Assembly: GCA_002104945.1 (NCBI GenBank)
Contig: MCFH01000021.1
Location: forward strand, 1-64,000
From: Piromyces finnis finn
Lineage: Eukaryota > Fungi > Neocallimastigomycota
DNA length: 64,000 bases
Direction of reading: 5' to 3'
Shown: piece by piece, positions 22,501-35,200 of the stretch
Layout: the number at the start of each line of letters is the position of its first letter
Position numbering within the stretch: position 1 is the stretch's first letter
Notes under the pieces: model-generated
The model's database searches: none
Told to the model about the DNA's origin: nothing
Seen by the model: only the letters and a program-made list of their open reading frames with translations
Made by a program: the position numbers and the translations under genes

Positions 22501-23770
22501 TGTCCCTCATGATTGTCGTTTGGAAGTTCTTAAGATTTGTCACGACTCACCCTCCGCTGGACACTTCGGACTGAAGAAAACTACTTCACTCATTGTTCGT
22601 GACTTTTGGTGGCCTTTTCTCTCTGTTGATGTTAAAGAATATGTAAAGTCTTGTGAAATATGCTGCCGTTCAAAGGACTCTCGACACAAACCTTATGGAT
22701 TTCTTTCTCCTTTGGAAATTGCTGAACGTCCTTGGTCTTCCGTATCTATGGACTTTATTACGGATCTTCCACCTTCTCAAAAGTATACTTGCATTCTCGT
22801 TGTCACTGATAGATTAACTAAATTATGTCATTTTATTCCTTTTGAGAACATTCCTTCTGCCTCCGCTACTGCTGATGCTTTCATGATCAACGTTTTTCGT
22901 CTCCATGGATTACCTAATGAAATTCTTTCGGATAGAGGTACTCAATTTACCTCTAAATTCTGGAATTCTATTTGTAAATCTTTCGATATAAACCTAAAAT
23001 TTTCTTCATCCTACCATCACCAAACTAACGGACTGACGGAGAGGGTAAACTCCGTTGTAGAACAATACTTAAGGTGTTACTCAAATTATAAAGGTTCCAA
23101 TTGGTACAAATTCTTACATCTTGCCGAATTCAGTTACAACAATGCTGTTCAAGAATCTACTAAAACTTCACCATTTTTTGCTAACTACGGCTATAATCCG
23201 AAACATTCTCCAATTTTACCAAGTCGTACCAATGTACCAATTGCGGATGAATTTACAAGAAATTTCAAAGAAATAATTAAAACTCTTAAAGATAACTTAA
23301 AGAAATCTATTGATCAACAAGAAAAATTTGCAAACAAACACAGAAGTAAAGCTCCTGAACTCAAGGTAAATGATAAGGTCTGGATTAACAGTTCTCTAAT
23401 AATGCGGAACGGTAATAAGAAGCTAAAACCTAGAAAACTTGGTCCGTACAAAATAATTGAAAAAATATCACCAGTTTCTTTCAAATTGGAGTTACCAAAA
23501 GAAATTCGTATTCATCCAGTTATCCACGTTTCAGAATTGGAACCCTACCATGAAGATAAGTTCAAAAGAAAGCAACCGCCACCTCCACCAGTTATTGTAG
23601 ATAATAATGAAGAATTTGAAGTTGAGGAGATATTGGACAAAAGAAGATATTATGGTAAAGTTCAATACCTAATTAAATGGAAAGGATATCCGATATCTGA
23701 AGCATCTTGGGAGCCAGAAAATAATTTGAATTGTCCAGAGCTACTTAAGGAATTCAACGAAAAGAAATGA
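19535..23770 (+). CDS. Element N Gag-Pol polyprotein with C-terminal chromodomain
   Basis: [33 protein letters not shown], integrase core, [21 protein letters not shown]. Confidence 0.95.
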   Translation: MDEELMNNATLKDGFAGNRRFFKGFLAKIELIFMVYPERYADDETKIVYIISRLYGEALNWAASLIHNHDECLLNYDSFVAKLKSVFGDNDSTFVANQKLRTIKQRKIGEIQKYILEFNRYSDDSSWNESAKMDAFLAGLQDQVANRILEMFPGPQTLLNLQVIASRIDSRIDTNRRFFNNNHSNNTTQNRRTEVNRKPFTSRNKKTYGPLSSEEKARRIKENLCLYCGSPDHKLSNCPKRSKNEKSAGTHISNTTPEKKPRIRFSDNPNLKQPVFEFQLNTSDVSVNTKLLIDSGSQLNLLDVVFAEENNIPFDKSVSFNKISGIGGEQQILGKSIPISIKYKNHQCKTIFYIVDLPGYCGILGAEWLHQHNPNINFVEKELSFNSNFCLSHCSVIPNVAPTYAISSISNDSKSSCSTSTNSYIHDSTKNLPKNNDSTINPPSNKEVFLPAELQAFEDVFNEKAAEQLPPHRQYDCEIRLKPDSKLFYGPIYPLTDKESMALKEYIDENLRKGFIRPSKSPAGAPVLFVPKKNGELRLCQDYRKLNEITVRDSYPLPLINDMLEHLGKSNIFSKLDLRSAYNLVRIKEGDEFKTAFTCKYGHFEYTVMPFGLKNAPAVFQHFINDVLDGILGVFVFSYIDDLIIFSENFKTHVIQVKEVLKRLRKAGLYAKLEKCEFFVPFIDFLGHRISSDGILMDPKKISSILEWPTPRNVKEVQAFLGLANYYRRFIAGFADLAQPLNALLKKDVKFCFSHQCVNSFNLMKTKFASSPVLAYPNRDIPLMVETDASNFAIGAILSQTNPKDNTVHPVAFFSRSLSSSERNYPIYDKELLAIVAALENWRHLLKGTAQPFKIFSDHRNLLYQKKPEKMTQRLVRWSLFLAEFNFIIVYRSGSANGKPDALSRRPDYLENFKDSNDTPNSVLRPENFCALVLDNNPLMDKIISNSKDDKFYFEVCKYLETQIPPVPHSQIENFKIQDGVLLFNDRIYVPHDCRLEVLKICHDSPSAGHFGLKKTTSLIVRDFWWPFLSVDVKEYVKSCEICCRSKDSRHKPYGFLSPLEIAERPWSSVSMDFITDLPPSQKYTCILVVTDRLTKLCHFIPFENIPSASATADAFMINVFRLHGLPNEILSDRGTQFTSKFWNSICKSFDINLKFSSSYHHQTNGLTERVNSVVEQYLRCYSNYKGSNWYKFLHLAEFSYNNAVQESTKTSPFFANYGYNPKHSPILPSRTNVPIADEFTRNFKEIIKTLKDNLKKSIDQQEKFANKHRSKAPELKVNDKVWINSSLIMRNGNKKLKPRKLGPYKIIEKISPVSFKLELPKEIRIHPVIHVSELEPYHEDKFKRKQPPPPPVIVDNNEEFEVEEILDKRRYYGKVQYLIKWKGYPISEASWEPENNLNCPELLKEFNEKK

Positions 23771-24060
23771 TTTCAACGGAAACTTTATTTTAATTTATCT
23801 TAATTTTATTTTTAATTTTATTCTTAAAAAAAAAAAAAAAAAAAAATTATTTTCTTAAATTTTAAATTTACTTTAAGCATGTATTTAATATCAAATATAT
23901 AATATAAAAAATTATTTTTATTGTAATTCAATTAGTATAGTTTAAGTTTATAGTAGTTATATAGCCTAAAAAATTAATTTAATAAAACATAAAATGAACC
24001 CAAAGATTCGTCTGGTATCCGAATCCTGGAGGAGGACCATGTAACGAATCTATTAGAAAA

Positions 24061-24133
24061 TTAATATTGTCTTAATGGTTAGTATTTAAGACATTAATCT
24101 GGATCACTCGGGTTCGACTCACACCTTGATCCA
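24061..24133 (+). promoter_or_regulatory. Pseudo-tRNA A/B-box element in the intact N 3' LTR (empty target site)
   Basis: TGTAACG-AATC-TATTAG... is uninterrupted here, with a single AATC at 24047-24050. Confidence 0.7.
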
Positions 24134-24559
24134 AAATTTATTTTAAATTATTTATTTAACAATTTAATTTATGACTCATAGAAACTTATAGAACTTATTC
24201 GAAAAAGAATAAGTTCGAATATTCGAAAAATTAAATATTTTATGTATTTTTATCACGAGATTCATTTTATGTAATTTTTAATTAATTTAAAGAATAATTT
24301 AGAAAGAAAATTTAATTTTTAATTTAGCCACATCAGATTTAGAAAAAGTATAAATAGAAGTGATGTGAATCAAAAATTAAATAGTTGTGTTTTTATTAAC
24401 TTTTAAATTTAAATCTTTATTTTTAAAAAATTTAATAATAATAAAAAATTATTTTAAATAAATAAATTTATTGACTTATAGGGAATACAAAATTTATTTT
24501 TCTATATAAATATTATTAATTCCTACATTAATAAATTCTTTATATAGAAACTCGTTACA

Positions 24560-26394
24560 GGTAGATTACTTTATTGATGGAAGGAATTATCGAAAACTGA
24601 TCACGGAAACCAATGAAAAGATGAAATTGATTTTGGAAGCTCATAACATTGGACATGAAGGATATTATAAAACTTATCAACGTCTGAAAAAAAGCTATTA
24701 TTGGAACGACATGGTTAATGATATTCGAAGAGTTGTAGCCAAATGTGAAAAATGCCAACTTAATCGCCCTCAACCATATCCAGAACCTACGGAAAATCTT
24801 CCAACTGAGGTTGAAGCTCCTTTCACTCATCTGGGTTTAGATATCATTGGTCCATTGGTAAAAACTCGTAACAATAACCAATATATTATAGTTGCAGTGG
24901 ATCATTTCACAAAATGGGTCGAAGCAGAACCCACCGAAAATATCACTTCAAAGGATGTCATAAAATTTTTAATCAATGTTTTCTCTCGGCATGGAGTATC
25001 ACAAGTCATTACAACCGATAACGGTGTCCAATTTACCTCAGATATGACCAAAGTTTTCCTGGACTTATATGATGTCTATGTCAAGTTTGTCTCAACTTAT
25101 CATCCTGAAAGTAATGGTTTGACTGAAAATAGAAACAAAGAAATTGGAAAGCTTCTAAGACTGCTTGGAAAAGAAAACAAGGATTGGGATGAAATTTTGC
25201 CTTCTGCTCTTTGGGCGCTCAGAACTACTAAAAATACTGTCACAAACCATTCTAGTTTTGAATTGGTTTATGGAAGAGAAGATCAGCAACCCTTTGATAT
25301 TGCCGCCAGACCTACTAAGGGTATTAATCAGTCTTCGGATGAAATCTTACTTGAGAAGTTTATTAATCATTACAGGTGGACGTTGGAAGCTTGTGAAAAT
25401 ATTAAAAATGCGAATAAATACTGGGCTACTAGAAGGGAAGAAAAACAAAGTATGACTAAGGGCAAAAATATCCATATCGGTGATCTAGTATTAGTTAGAA
25501 ATTTTAATCGAACGAAGTTAGAGCCTTATTTCGTTGGACCACTCAAAGTTGTCAAGAAACAATTCAATACGGTTACTTTAGCTGATATATCCACTGGAAT
25601 TCAGATGAACCGAAATGTTCATCTTAAGAACATTGTAAAGTTTAACTCTGCTTTTGCGTAAGCAAGAGTCTTCGTGGGGGCACTTGTTAAGGAACCAACA
25701 AATAATGTTATTCTTGTCATAATTAATGATTATGACCTAATCCATTCATTATTGTTCCTAAATGTATGAAAACTTTACAATATTCTTATTTGTAAATTAA
25801 TGTATACACTTAAATTATATTTAAAATTATTAATAATTATTTTTATTGAACTTAAATTTTATTTTATTAAACTTAAAAATTAATTTAGTAATAATAATAT
25901 ATTGAAAATTATAGTTTATTGAACTTTTAGTTTAATTTATCAAGTTAATGAATTTTTATTAATTAAAATTATGAATAATATTTCTGTAAAATAGTAAAAT
26001 TCTTTAGTTAAATATATTTAAAGTAAACTTTTAATGTATGTTAATCAATTTAATAATATGTATAAATATTTATTATAATAGTAATGTAATTTTATTATTC
26101 ATTTAAAAGTAATTTAAATACTAAAATTAATGTAAATAATTAAAGACTAATTCTTTTAATTAATACTACTTAATTTTTTACAAAAAGTATAAAAAGGTGT
26201 ATATTATAAGAATTAGAGAATATACAGATATTTTTATTTTTTTTTATATTTTATTTTATAATTTTATATTAATATCTTAATAAAACAATTTTATTAATAA
26301 AACAATTTTTCTTATTTCATTTTAATATTATTTTTGAGTATTAATAAATTTATTAATATTTTATAAATAAAAGTAAATTCCTCGAACCGTAACA
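24560..26394 (+). mobile_element. 5'-truncated family A copy (A2): integrase region plus 3' LTR 25685-26394
   Basis: Near-identical reverse complement of 2331-4160, with several substitutions and small indels; followed by TTGT. Confidence 0.95.
24621..25661 (+). pseudogene. Integrase remnant of A2
   Basis: Matches the C-terminal 346 aa of A Pol; no upstream gag or RT. Confidence 0.9.
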
Positions 26395-26398
26395 TTGT

Positions 26399-28519
26399 TG
26401 ATAACGGATTGGTAGTTATATTACAACTTTTTAACTACTTCTTCTGTTATCTTATATTGTTTTATCTCGACAGCTATTGTACGAGCTTTAACAATATCTA
26501 CTAGTTTTATTAATTTATTTTAAGTTATTTTATAATTTTAATAGTTTTATTATTTTAATAATATTTATATAGAATAATAACACCAGATTTATTCTATAAA
26601 ATATTATTTATTATTAACACAATAATTACAAATTAGACAAGTTTAATTTCGTTTTTATATTTTCTTTTATTTATTGTTCTTACGCTCTTTTTAACAATAA
26701 TTTTTATTATATAAAAACTTATTTTTTGTCTTTTAAATATTATTATGTATTCACTAATTAATTATATTAACTATTATTAAAATTTAACTTATTATTAGTA
26801 ATCTAAGTCTTCTCATTTTTTACTAAAAATTATTATTATTCTTTATATTAAAAATTATTTTTATAATTTAACTCAATCAAATATATAAATTTATAAAATA
26901 TTTGATTTTATGGTAAATTATATTTTTATAATAAACTATATAAAATTATTTAATAATTATTTTATAATAAAATTTTCTACTAATATCAAATGTATAATAT
27001 ATTTATAATTATTATTTATCAAGATTTCCTCCCCTAAGATACGACTTAGTGGTAGCTGATAAAAATATTCATAAATAATAATAAATATATAAGTTTTTGA
27101 TATTTTTATACTAAATATTTAAAAATTTAAATTTTTTTTTTCTATATATATATATATATATGATAAAAATAATATAAAATAAGGTTTATAAAAAAAATGA
27201 TGAAAAATTTGAAAATTTTTATTAATAAAATTTTTTTTTCAAAGAAAAATAAAAAAATGAAGTGAAATTTTGTTAAATGTCGTAGTGTAAATATTTTTGT
27301 GTTTTTATATATTTTTGTAATGTAATTGTCGTATTATTTGTATATAAATGTTTAATGTGGTTTTATCTTTCTTTAAACTTTGAAAATAGATGAAATTTTG
27401 ATTCTAATATGTCGAAATAATGTCGTTTTAAAATTGAAGTTACTGATTTGATATAATCTTTTAGATTGAAAATAATTGAATTTGAAATACTTTCTTTTAC
27501 ACTTTTTATTATACTGAAATATATATTCTTAAACGAATTATTTGATGAGTTTTTGATTATATCATTTTGTTTATTTCGCTTTTTTCTTGATTTTAATTTC
27601 CTGTTAATATTAATATTCAAATGATTATATTTTAGAATTTTACTTTTATTTTTATATATCTTGATTTTGTGGCATTTTTCGTGAATAATTGGCGTTTTTT
27701 CTGCTTCATCACGGCCGACAAGATTTGACTTATTAATTGAAAATTTAATAAGTGAATCGTTTTTAATTCTTTTTGGAAATTTGCTGAAATTTGAATGAAA
27801 AATGTGATATTTTGGATAAAAATATTTATTTTTAAATTTGAATAAATGTCGAAATTTAATTGAATATAAAAGTTTGTTTTTATTGTTAAAAGTCGAATTA
27901 AAATTTTGAATTTTGATATTATTATTAAATGAATTAAATTGAGATTCATTAATATTTGATGGATTGAAACAATGAATCATTGAAATATTTGAAAGATTAT
28001 TTTTATTTTGTTTAAAATTTGAGAGACGAGCAACCATAATAGGAGATGAATTAGTTTTCATGTAGAGAGAGTCATCATCAGGATCAATGTATAATCGGTG
28101 ATCCTTTTGAGATTGACGACCTAATATAATATCATAACATGAATCTTCATCTTCTAGAATCCAGAATAATGCATAGATTTTTAAATCACCAAATTTAAGA
28201 GTTAAATTAACAGCTTGATTTGTTGAAATAACTTGTTTGCTAGCTAATTTAAAGAAAGTTCTCTTAAAATGTGTAATATTATGATTTGCTGATATTAAAT
28301 TAAAGAAGGATTTAGTAATAACATTAACATCAGAACCAGTATCTACTAAAACTCGGACAATGTTATTATCAATTGAGCCAATGACAGAAGTATAAAATAT
28401 TTGATTTTATGTAAATTATATTTTTATAATAAACTATATAAAATTATTTAATAATTATTTTATAATAAAATTTTCTACTAATATCATATGTATAATATAT
28501 TTATAATTATTATTTATCA
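26399..28519 (-). mobile_element. Deleted or non-autonomous element H
   Basis: 3' LTR at 26399-27021 (623 bp), PPT AGGGGAGGAAAT, 5' LTR remnant at about 28391-28519; TSD TTGT. Confidence 0.8.
27363..28390 (-). pseudogene. Aspartic protease reading frame of H fused to a low-complexity tail; no RT or integrase
   Basis: The frame upstream of the listed ATG reads VIGSIDNNIVRVLVDTGSDVN...YDIILGR...LYIDPDDD, like the G protease region. Confidence 0.8.
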
Positions 28520-29334
28520 TTGTGATAAATAATGAAATTAATAAATATAAAATTATTATTATACCTGATTTTTAAGTTAACCCTAAAAGTAACTTAAAAC
28601 AAGTTATAGTTTAATTAAGTACTTTACCAAAATTCTTAAATAAAATTAATCCTAAACACTGCATATGTTTTGATTATTGAAAGAAAATAATAAACTTTAA
28701 TTAATCGAGATCAAAATATATAACTTTTGTTAAATTAATTGTTAAATTAAATATTTAATAACTTCGTTAGTAAATTACACTTTAAAAGTAAACAAATATA
28801 ATAATTCATGTTATAAAATAATATAATTAAACACCTTTATTAAAACATTAAAAATAATTATTACTTTAATTAATTGTAAAATAAACAACTTTTTATATTC
28901 TTTAACTTTTAATTATTTCTTTTATTGTTATTTCTAATTACTTTTATTACTTTTATTGTAAATAGTTATTAATTTTATTGTTTTAATGTAAATAGTTTAA
29001 ATTTAAAAGAAAATATAAATACATGTAAATATTCTTATTTTAATCATTATTATTATTATTAATAAAGAAATATTATATAGTTAGATTAATATTTTATAAT
29101 TTTAATAATCACTTTTATACTTAAATAAATAAAATTTTAAATATTTAAATATTAGAAAAACAAGTGTTTCTAATAAAACAATTTAGTGTTTTAACAAAAC
29201 AATTTTATTAATTTTTATAAAAACGATTTTAAATCTTAATCAATATAACTTATATAGTTATAACAAAAGATATAATATAATAATCACTTTTTGAAGTAAA
29301 ATTCAAAATTAAGATTATTATCAAATTATATCAA

Positions 29335-29351
29335 TGGTCCTTCGAACCGGA
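29335..29351 (+). promoter_or_regulatory. PBS of G, tRNA-Tyr type
   Basis: TGGTCCTTCGAACCGGA, complementary to a tRNA-Tyr-type 3' end (eukaryotic tRNA-Tyr ends TCCGGYTCGAAGGA-CCA). Confidence 0.75.
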
Positions 29352-29933
29352 GAATCAAAATAAGGTAAATATATAAATTTTCTTTATATAAAAATTTCAT
29401 ATAGAATAGTAAAATATTCTATGAAATTAATTAAATAATCAAGTTATAATAGTATAGAATAGATAGTTAATAGAATAGTTAAATATTCTCAATATTTTAT
29501 CTATTTAGAAATTATAACTTATTAAATAATAAAATAATATTAAAATAATAAATCAATATTCAATATTGAAATATTATTTAAATATTATTAAATCAATATT
29601 AAAATAAAATAAATAAATTATAATACTTAATAGTATAGTATTAATATAGTAAATTGATATATAAACATTATATATTAGATAAAATATATAGATATTTTAA
29701 ATAAGAAAAGAATTAAAAAAAAAAAAAAAATAGTATAGAAAAATTATTAGATAAATAGATTGATAATATTATAAATAAGATAGTTGAAAGAATTAATTAT
29801 AATAATAAAATAGGTATATATACATTAGATATATATACATAAAAATAAATATATAATAAAAATAAATCAAAATAATAATAAATAAAGATTTAAGTATATA
29901 TATATAAAAAATATATATACACCAAACAAACCA

Positions 29934-29964
<31 letters not shown>

Positions 29965-31288
29965 ATAAAACTTTATAAATAAAAATACTTGTAAAAATAT
30001 ACTAGGAGCGTATAGAGCTCATATACAGAGTTTCAGTGTATAATTAACTAGTTTCAGTTGGTTAGAAACTATAGCTGTTAATCACTGAAGTATTTGTAAA
30101 AGTAGGACGAGTGTGAATAGCACGCTTACTTGGGGGAAGGGATTGTTAGTGTGATAAAAAGCACGCAATACAGGACTCTCAAGTTGAATACTTTTGTGAA
30201 CTCTGGCGAATAAGGAACTTTAGTCACCGAAGGCTAAAGGTTTGTCGTGAAGGTAAAGCGACATAAAAATATATAGTTTAAATTTATTTTGAGGTCTAGT
30301 ATATCACCTCTAGTTAGTAGCTTTTGCCGGTTAATTAAATTGTTGTAAGGCACTAAAAAGCGAAAAATAAATCCTGTAAATAAAGTTTTATATTTAATTA
30401 TTTTTTTTAAAAGAAAAAGAAATACATAAATTATAATTATAAATTAATAATTATAATTTATAAATTAAAGATAAAAATTATTTAATAAAAATTATAAAAT
30501 ATAATCATCGGTCAAATAAAATTAAGAGTATTGTTATAAATTTTAAATAATAAAAGCAATAATATTGAGTTGTCTTTTTAGTTAATTTTCAGCGAAAAAT
30601 AACTTTTGTTTATCTTTTCGGTTAATTAATTACTAAGATAATTAAAGTGTTTTATAGTAAGTTAGTAAGAGTGCAGTTTTATCACATATCGTGGGGGAGT
30701 AGAGCGCTAACTAATAAGTAAATATTACACCACTTAATATTTATGACGGTTAGTTAGTGGAGGTCGAAAGGCACGGTGACGAAACTGTCGGGTACTCTGA
30801 AGGTACTATAATAACATAATCAATATTATTTTCTGCTTTATAATAAAGAAATAAAAATAAACATCCTACTCTAAATTAAATATTTTTTTTAACAATACTA
30901 ATATATAAATAACTTAATATAAATAAAATATATTCTTAACATTTTCTCAAAAATAAAATCTTCTTAATTACAATAAAACTAAAACAAGTGTCTACAAGTA
31001 ACAACCGATTACTCCTTTTATATTACATTATATAAACGTTATATAAGATTATATTAATAAAAGTATAATAAATAAAATACCTGTAAATAAAATTATATTA
31101 TTGTAAATAAAGACTATTGTAAATAAAAACATATTACTGTACTTATAACTAAATTATTGTAAATAAAGATTGTTGTAAATAAAAACATATTATTGTTCTT
31201 ATAACTAAATTATTGAGAATAAATAAAAATTGAGTTTTTAAATAAAATATTAAAATAAAATTAAATAAAATAAAAATAAAAAGTAATA

Positions 31289-32257
31289 ATGGATAATACT
31301 ACTAAAGGTATTACCTTTAATAGAATACCTATTTTGGGTTCAACAAAGGTTGAATTTGATGATTGGGAATTTTCTTTCAAACATTGGTGTAATTTATATA
31401 AGGTACCAGAACAAGAAAAGTTAGAATACCTTATATCATTAACTACAGGTACAGCTAGAACAATTGTAGTTAATGCATTAAATAAAGAAACACCAGATGA
31501 TTATAATACCATCATCAAAAATCTTAAAAGTCATTTTAAGGGTTCAGTACCAAAGAATTCTAGATTATTAGAATTGTCTACTATTACAATAAAGAAAAAT
31601 GAAAGTGTATCTGAATTCAATATTAAATTTGACTCTTTAATAAATAAAACAAACTTAAAAATGTCAAATGAAATCATATTGTCCTACTATATTAATGCTT
31701 TTAGAAACCTTACTAAAACTTACGAAGCACTTTTAGAAGCTGAACCAAAAAGTTTAGAAGAAGCCAGAAACATTACTATTAAGAAAGAGAAAATTTTCAA
31801 TATAGTTGAAGAAAATAGACCAAAAATAAGAACTTCCATTAGTTCTAGAAGGTCTCCAAATGATAATAATGCTCAAAGAAATAATGATAGAGCATATTCA
31901 AATAATTTTAATAGTTATAACCGAATGAATAACAATAACACTACTCAAAATAGTTTTAAAAATTATAATAATAGAAATTATACTAATAACTACAGAAATA
32001 ATAATTATAATAGTAATATTCAAGATAATAACTACAATAATGATAACAATAATTATTCAAGATTTAATAATATTAATCAAAACGTTAAGCAAAGAAAAAG
32101 TACCTTAAAATACCCATAAAATAATGATGATGAGTTAAAAGAAATAACTCAAAAGCTTGCGGACCTAAAAATTAATGTTTGCTTAAATTGTAAAAGAATA
32201 GGTCATACTACGAATGATTGTCCAGAATTAGATGATGAATACAATCATTTAAACTAA
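31289..32257 (+). pseudogene. gag: G gag with a premature TAA at 32117-32119
   Basis: The same frame resumes to CLNCKRIGHTTNDC and ends ...NHLN* at the slippery site TTTAAAC (32248-32254). Confidence 0.9.
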
Positions 32258-35200
32258 ATAATGGGAGTAAGCAATCTCCCATAAAAACTAAAATTGCAAA
32301 TAGTTCACAAAATACACAAGAAGCACAAATAAATTCCAATATCTCTAATGAAAATAATTATTCTATTAATGCGGCTCAAAAGAAGAAAATAAATGTTAAA
32401 ACATTAGATAAAAATAAAATATCACCAAATAATAAAAGTATTGTCAAACCCTCAATACTTAACCAACCTAATATTAGGAATTTAAAACAACAAAAGAAGG
32501 CTATTAGAGATACTCGTAGAAGAAAAATTAGCGAAGATAAAGATGAAGTTATGGAAGAAACCCCAAATGAAGAAATAGAAATAGAAAGTGAAGAAGAACA
32601 AAATAATACAAATGAAATACCTTTAGAAGAAGTTACTAATACAAAAGAACATATCCAACCTATTGAAATTAATAACTCTAATGATTCTACCAATGAAGAA
32701 ACTTTTAAAAATAATAATGAAACAAGTGATGTAAAAGTAAAGAAAAATTCTGTCAAAACCAAAGTAACCACAAAAAGAAATATGACAGAAATACAAATGT
32801 TAAAAACCAAAGATAAATTTAGTATAATTAAAGAAGCAAATAATTTATATCCAAAAATAAGTCTTTCCCAATTACTTTCTGCTAGTCCATCACTTAGAAA
32901 AGAATTAGAACAAGGATGTAAACCTAAAGTTGAAAAAGTGATGTACTCCTTTAATAACTCTAATATTCCATTAATAATTGGTGATATAGATGGAAAATAT
33001 TTAAAAATTCTTTATAATACTGGCGCAAATGTCAATATCATTACTACAAATGGTTTTAATAAACTATCAAATAAAAATATTGAAAAAAGTGATGAGGAAC
33101 AAAATATAACTATTGCTAATGGTACTACTGTTCCTACAAATGTTTTTACTACTTTAAAAATAAATATTAATAATTGTTGTACTATTTTAGAAAAATTTTA
33201 TATTATTGAACAAAGTAATCCATACTTTGATATAATTTTTGGAAGAGGTATTCAAAAGAAATACCGTTTATTTATTGACCCTGATGATGATTATATATAC
33301 CAGAAAACTAAAAAAGGTTTAAAGAAAATTACAAATATTATCAATAGTAATGATAATGATGCTAATGATATTCCCTTAATGAATTCTATAATTATTTCAA
33401 AAGAAGAAAACCAAGAATTTCAAGATACGTTAAAAGAAATCTTAAATTCAATACCTGATAATATTAAATCAAAATTTGAACACATTATAAATAAATATAA
33501 AAATTGTATGGCTACATCAATGTCTCAATTAACTACTGCGGATTTAGAACCTCATTCTATAATTACTACTACTAATAAACCAATAAAATTAAAACCTTAT
33601 AAATTATCTAAGGAACATGCTGATATTTTAAAAAGTGAAATTCTTTCATTACTTGATAAAGGTTTAATTACTCCTTCTCACTCTTCATGGTCATTTCCAG
33701 TTTTACTTGTACAAAAGAAAAATGGTAAATGGAGAATGTGTATTGATTATAAAAGACTTAATGAAATTACTATTAAGGATTCTTATGCACTTCCTTTTAT
33801 TGATGAATTAATATCTTCTGTTAATGGTGCAAAAATATTTTCTGCTTTAGATTTATACTCTGGCTACCACCAAATTCCTATGAACCCAAATGATATTGAA
33901 AAAACTGCTTTTACAACGAAATTTGGTAATTATAATTTTTAAAGTAATGCCATTTGGTTTAACTAATGCTCCCGCTACTTTCCAGCGAGAAATGAATAGG
34001 ATTCTCTTACCATTAATTGGTAAATGTCTTTTTGTTTACATTGATGATATTGTTGTTTATTCTAAATCACCAGAAGAACATCTTTATCATTTACAACAAG
34101 TTTTTGAAATATTATCTAAATATAATCTTTCTCTTAATTTACAAAAATGTAAATTCTTTCAAGAAAAGGTAGAAGTACTAGGACATGTACTTACACCTAA
34201 CGGATTAAAAACTGTTCCTTCTAAAGTTCAAAGTATTGCTTTATGGAATGCTCCAAGAAATGTTAATGAACTAAGATCATTCCTAGGTTTAGCTAGTTAC
34301 TACCGCAAATTTATTCAAAATTTTTCTATTAGAGCAAGCTCTCTTTTTAATTTATTAAAGAAAGACCAAGAATATATTTGGTCACAAGAATGTAATAATG
34401 CTTTTGAAGATATCCGACAATGTCTATTAAGTGATCCTATTTTAAGTTATCCTGATTTTAATAAAGAATTTATTATTCGTACTGATGCATCAACTAATGG
34501 CATTGGTGCTGTACTCTTACAGGTGGAGGGGGACAAATTGGAACATCCAATTTGTTGTATTAGTCGTACTTTATCTACTTCAGAAAAGAATTATTCTGTT
34601 ACTGACCTTGAAGGATTAGCTATTTATTATGCAATTCTACAATTTCGTCAATATATTATAAGTAATAAAAATCCTACCATATTAATTACTGATCATAAAC
34701 CATTACTGGGATTTTATAAAAAGAATATTCCATCAAAAGGTAGACATGCTAGATGGATTGAAGAATTTAATAAATATAAAATTGAATTAAAATATGATAA
34801 AGGAAAGAAAAATGTTTTTGCTGATGCCCTTTCAAGATTACCTTCTAAAAATTCTGATGAAATAGTAAATTGTGCTTATGCAATTTTGTCTGATTTTAAT
34901 CCAAGAGATTTAGACCTACCTGAAGGAATAAAAAAATATTTTACTAAAAATTATCAAGTTGTTGATAATACTCTTTATTATAAAAAAGATGAATTATATC
35001 TTAAAGTTATTTACAAAGATGAAGATAAAAAAGATATTATTAGTCGTGCTCATTCTGTTGGTCATGAAGGTGCTGAAAAGACCACAAATAGAATTTTAAA
35101 ATCTTATTATTGGCCTGGTATTTGGAATGATGTTAGAATGTGGGTAAAGTCCTGTAGAAAATGTCAACTTTGTAGACCTAAGCCTTTACCTAACAATACT

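Larger units (their letters stand above)
11296..24559 (+). mobile_element. Chromovirus-type Ty3/gypsy element N; its 5' LTR is interrupted by K and M
   Basis: 5' LTR pieces at 11296-11306, 12388-12664 and 19042-19274; intact 520-bp 3' LTR at 24040-24559 (TGTAACGA...TCGTTACA); PPT GGAGGAGGACCA; flanks ATTAC and GGTAG do not match. Confidence 0.9.

Noticed and set aside
32117-33020. RIP-like CpA>TpA mutation in G
   Set aside because: Only two compatible changes, with the ancestral bases assumed; the LTRs and other repeats show no hypermutation
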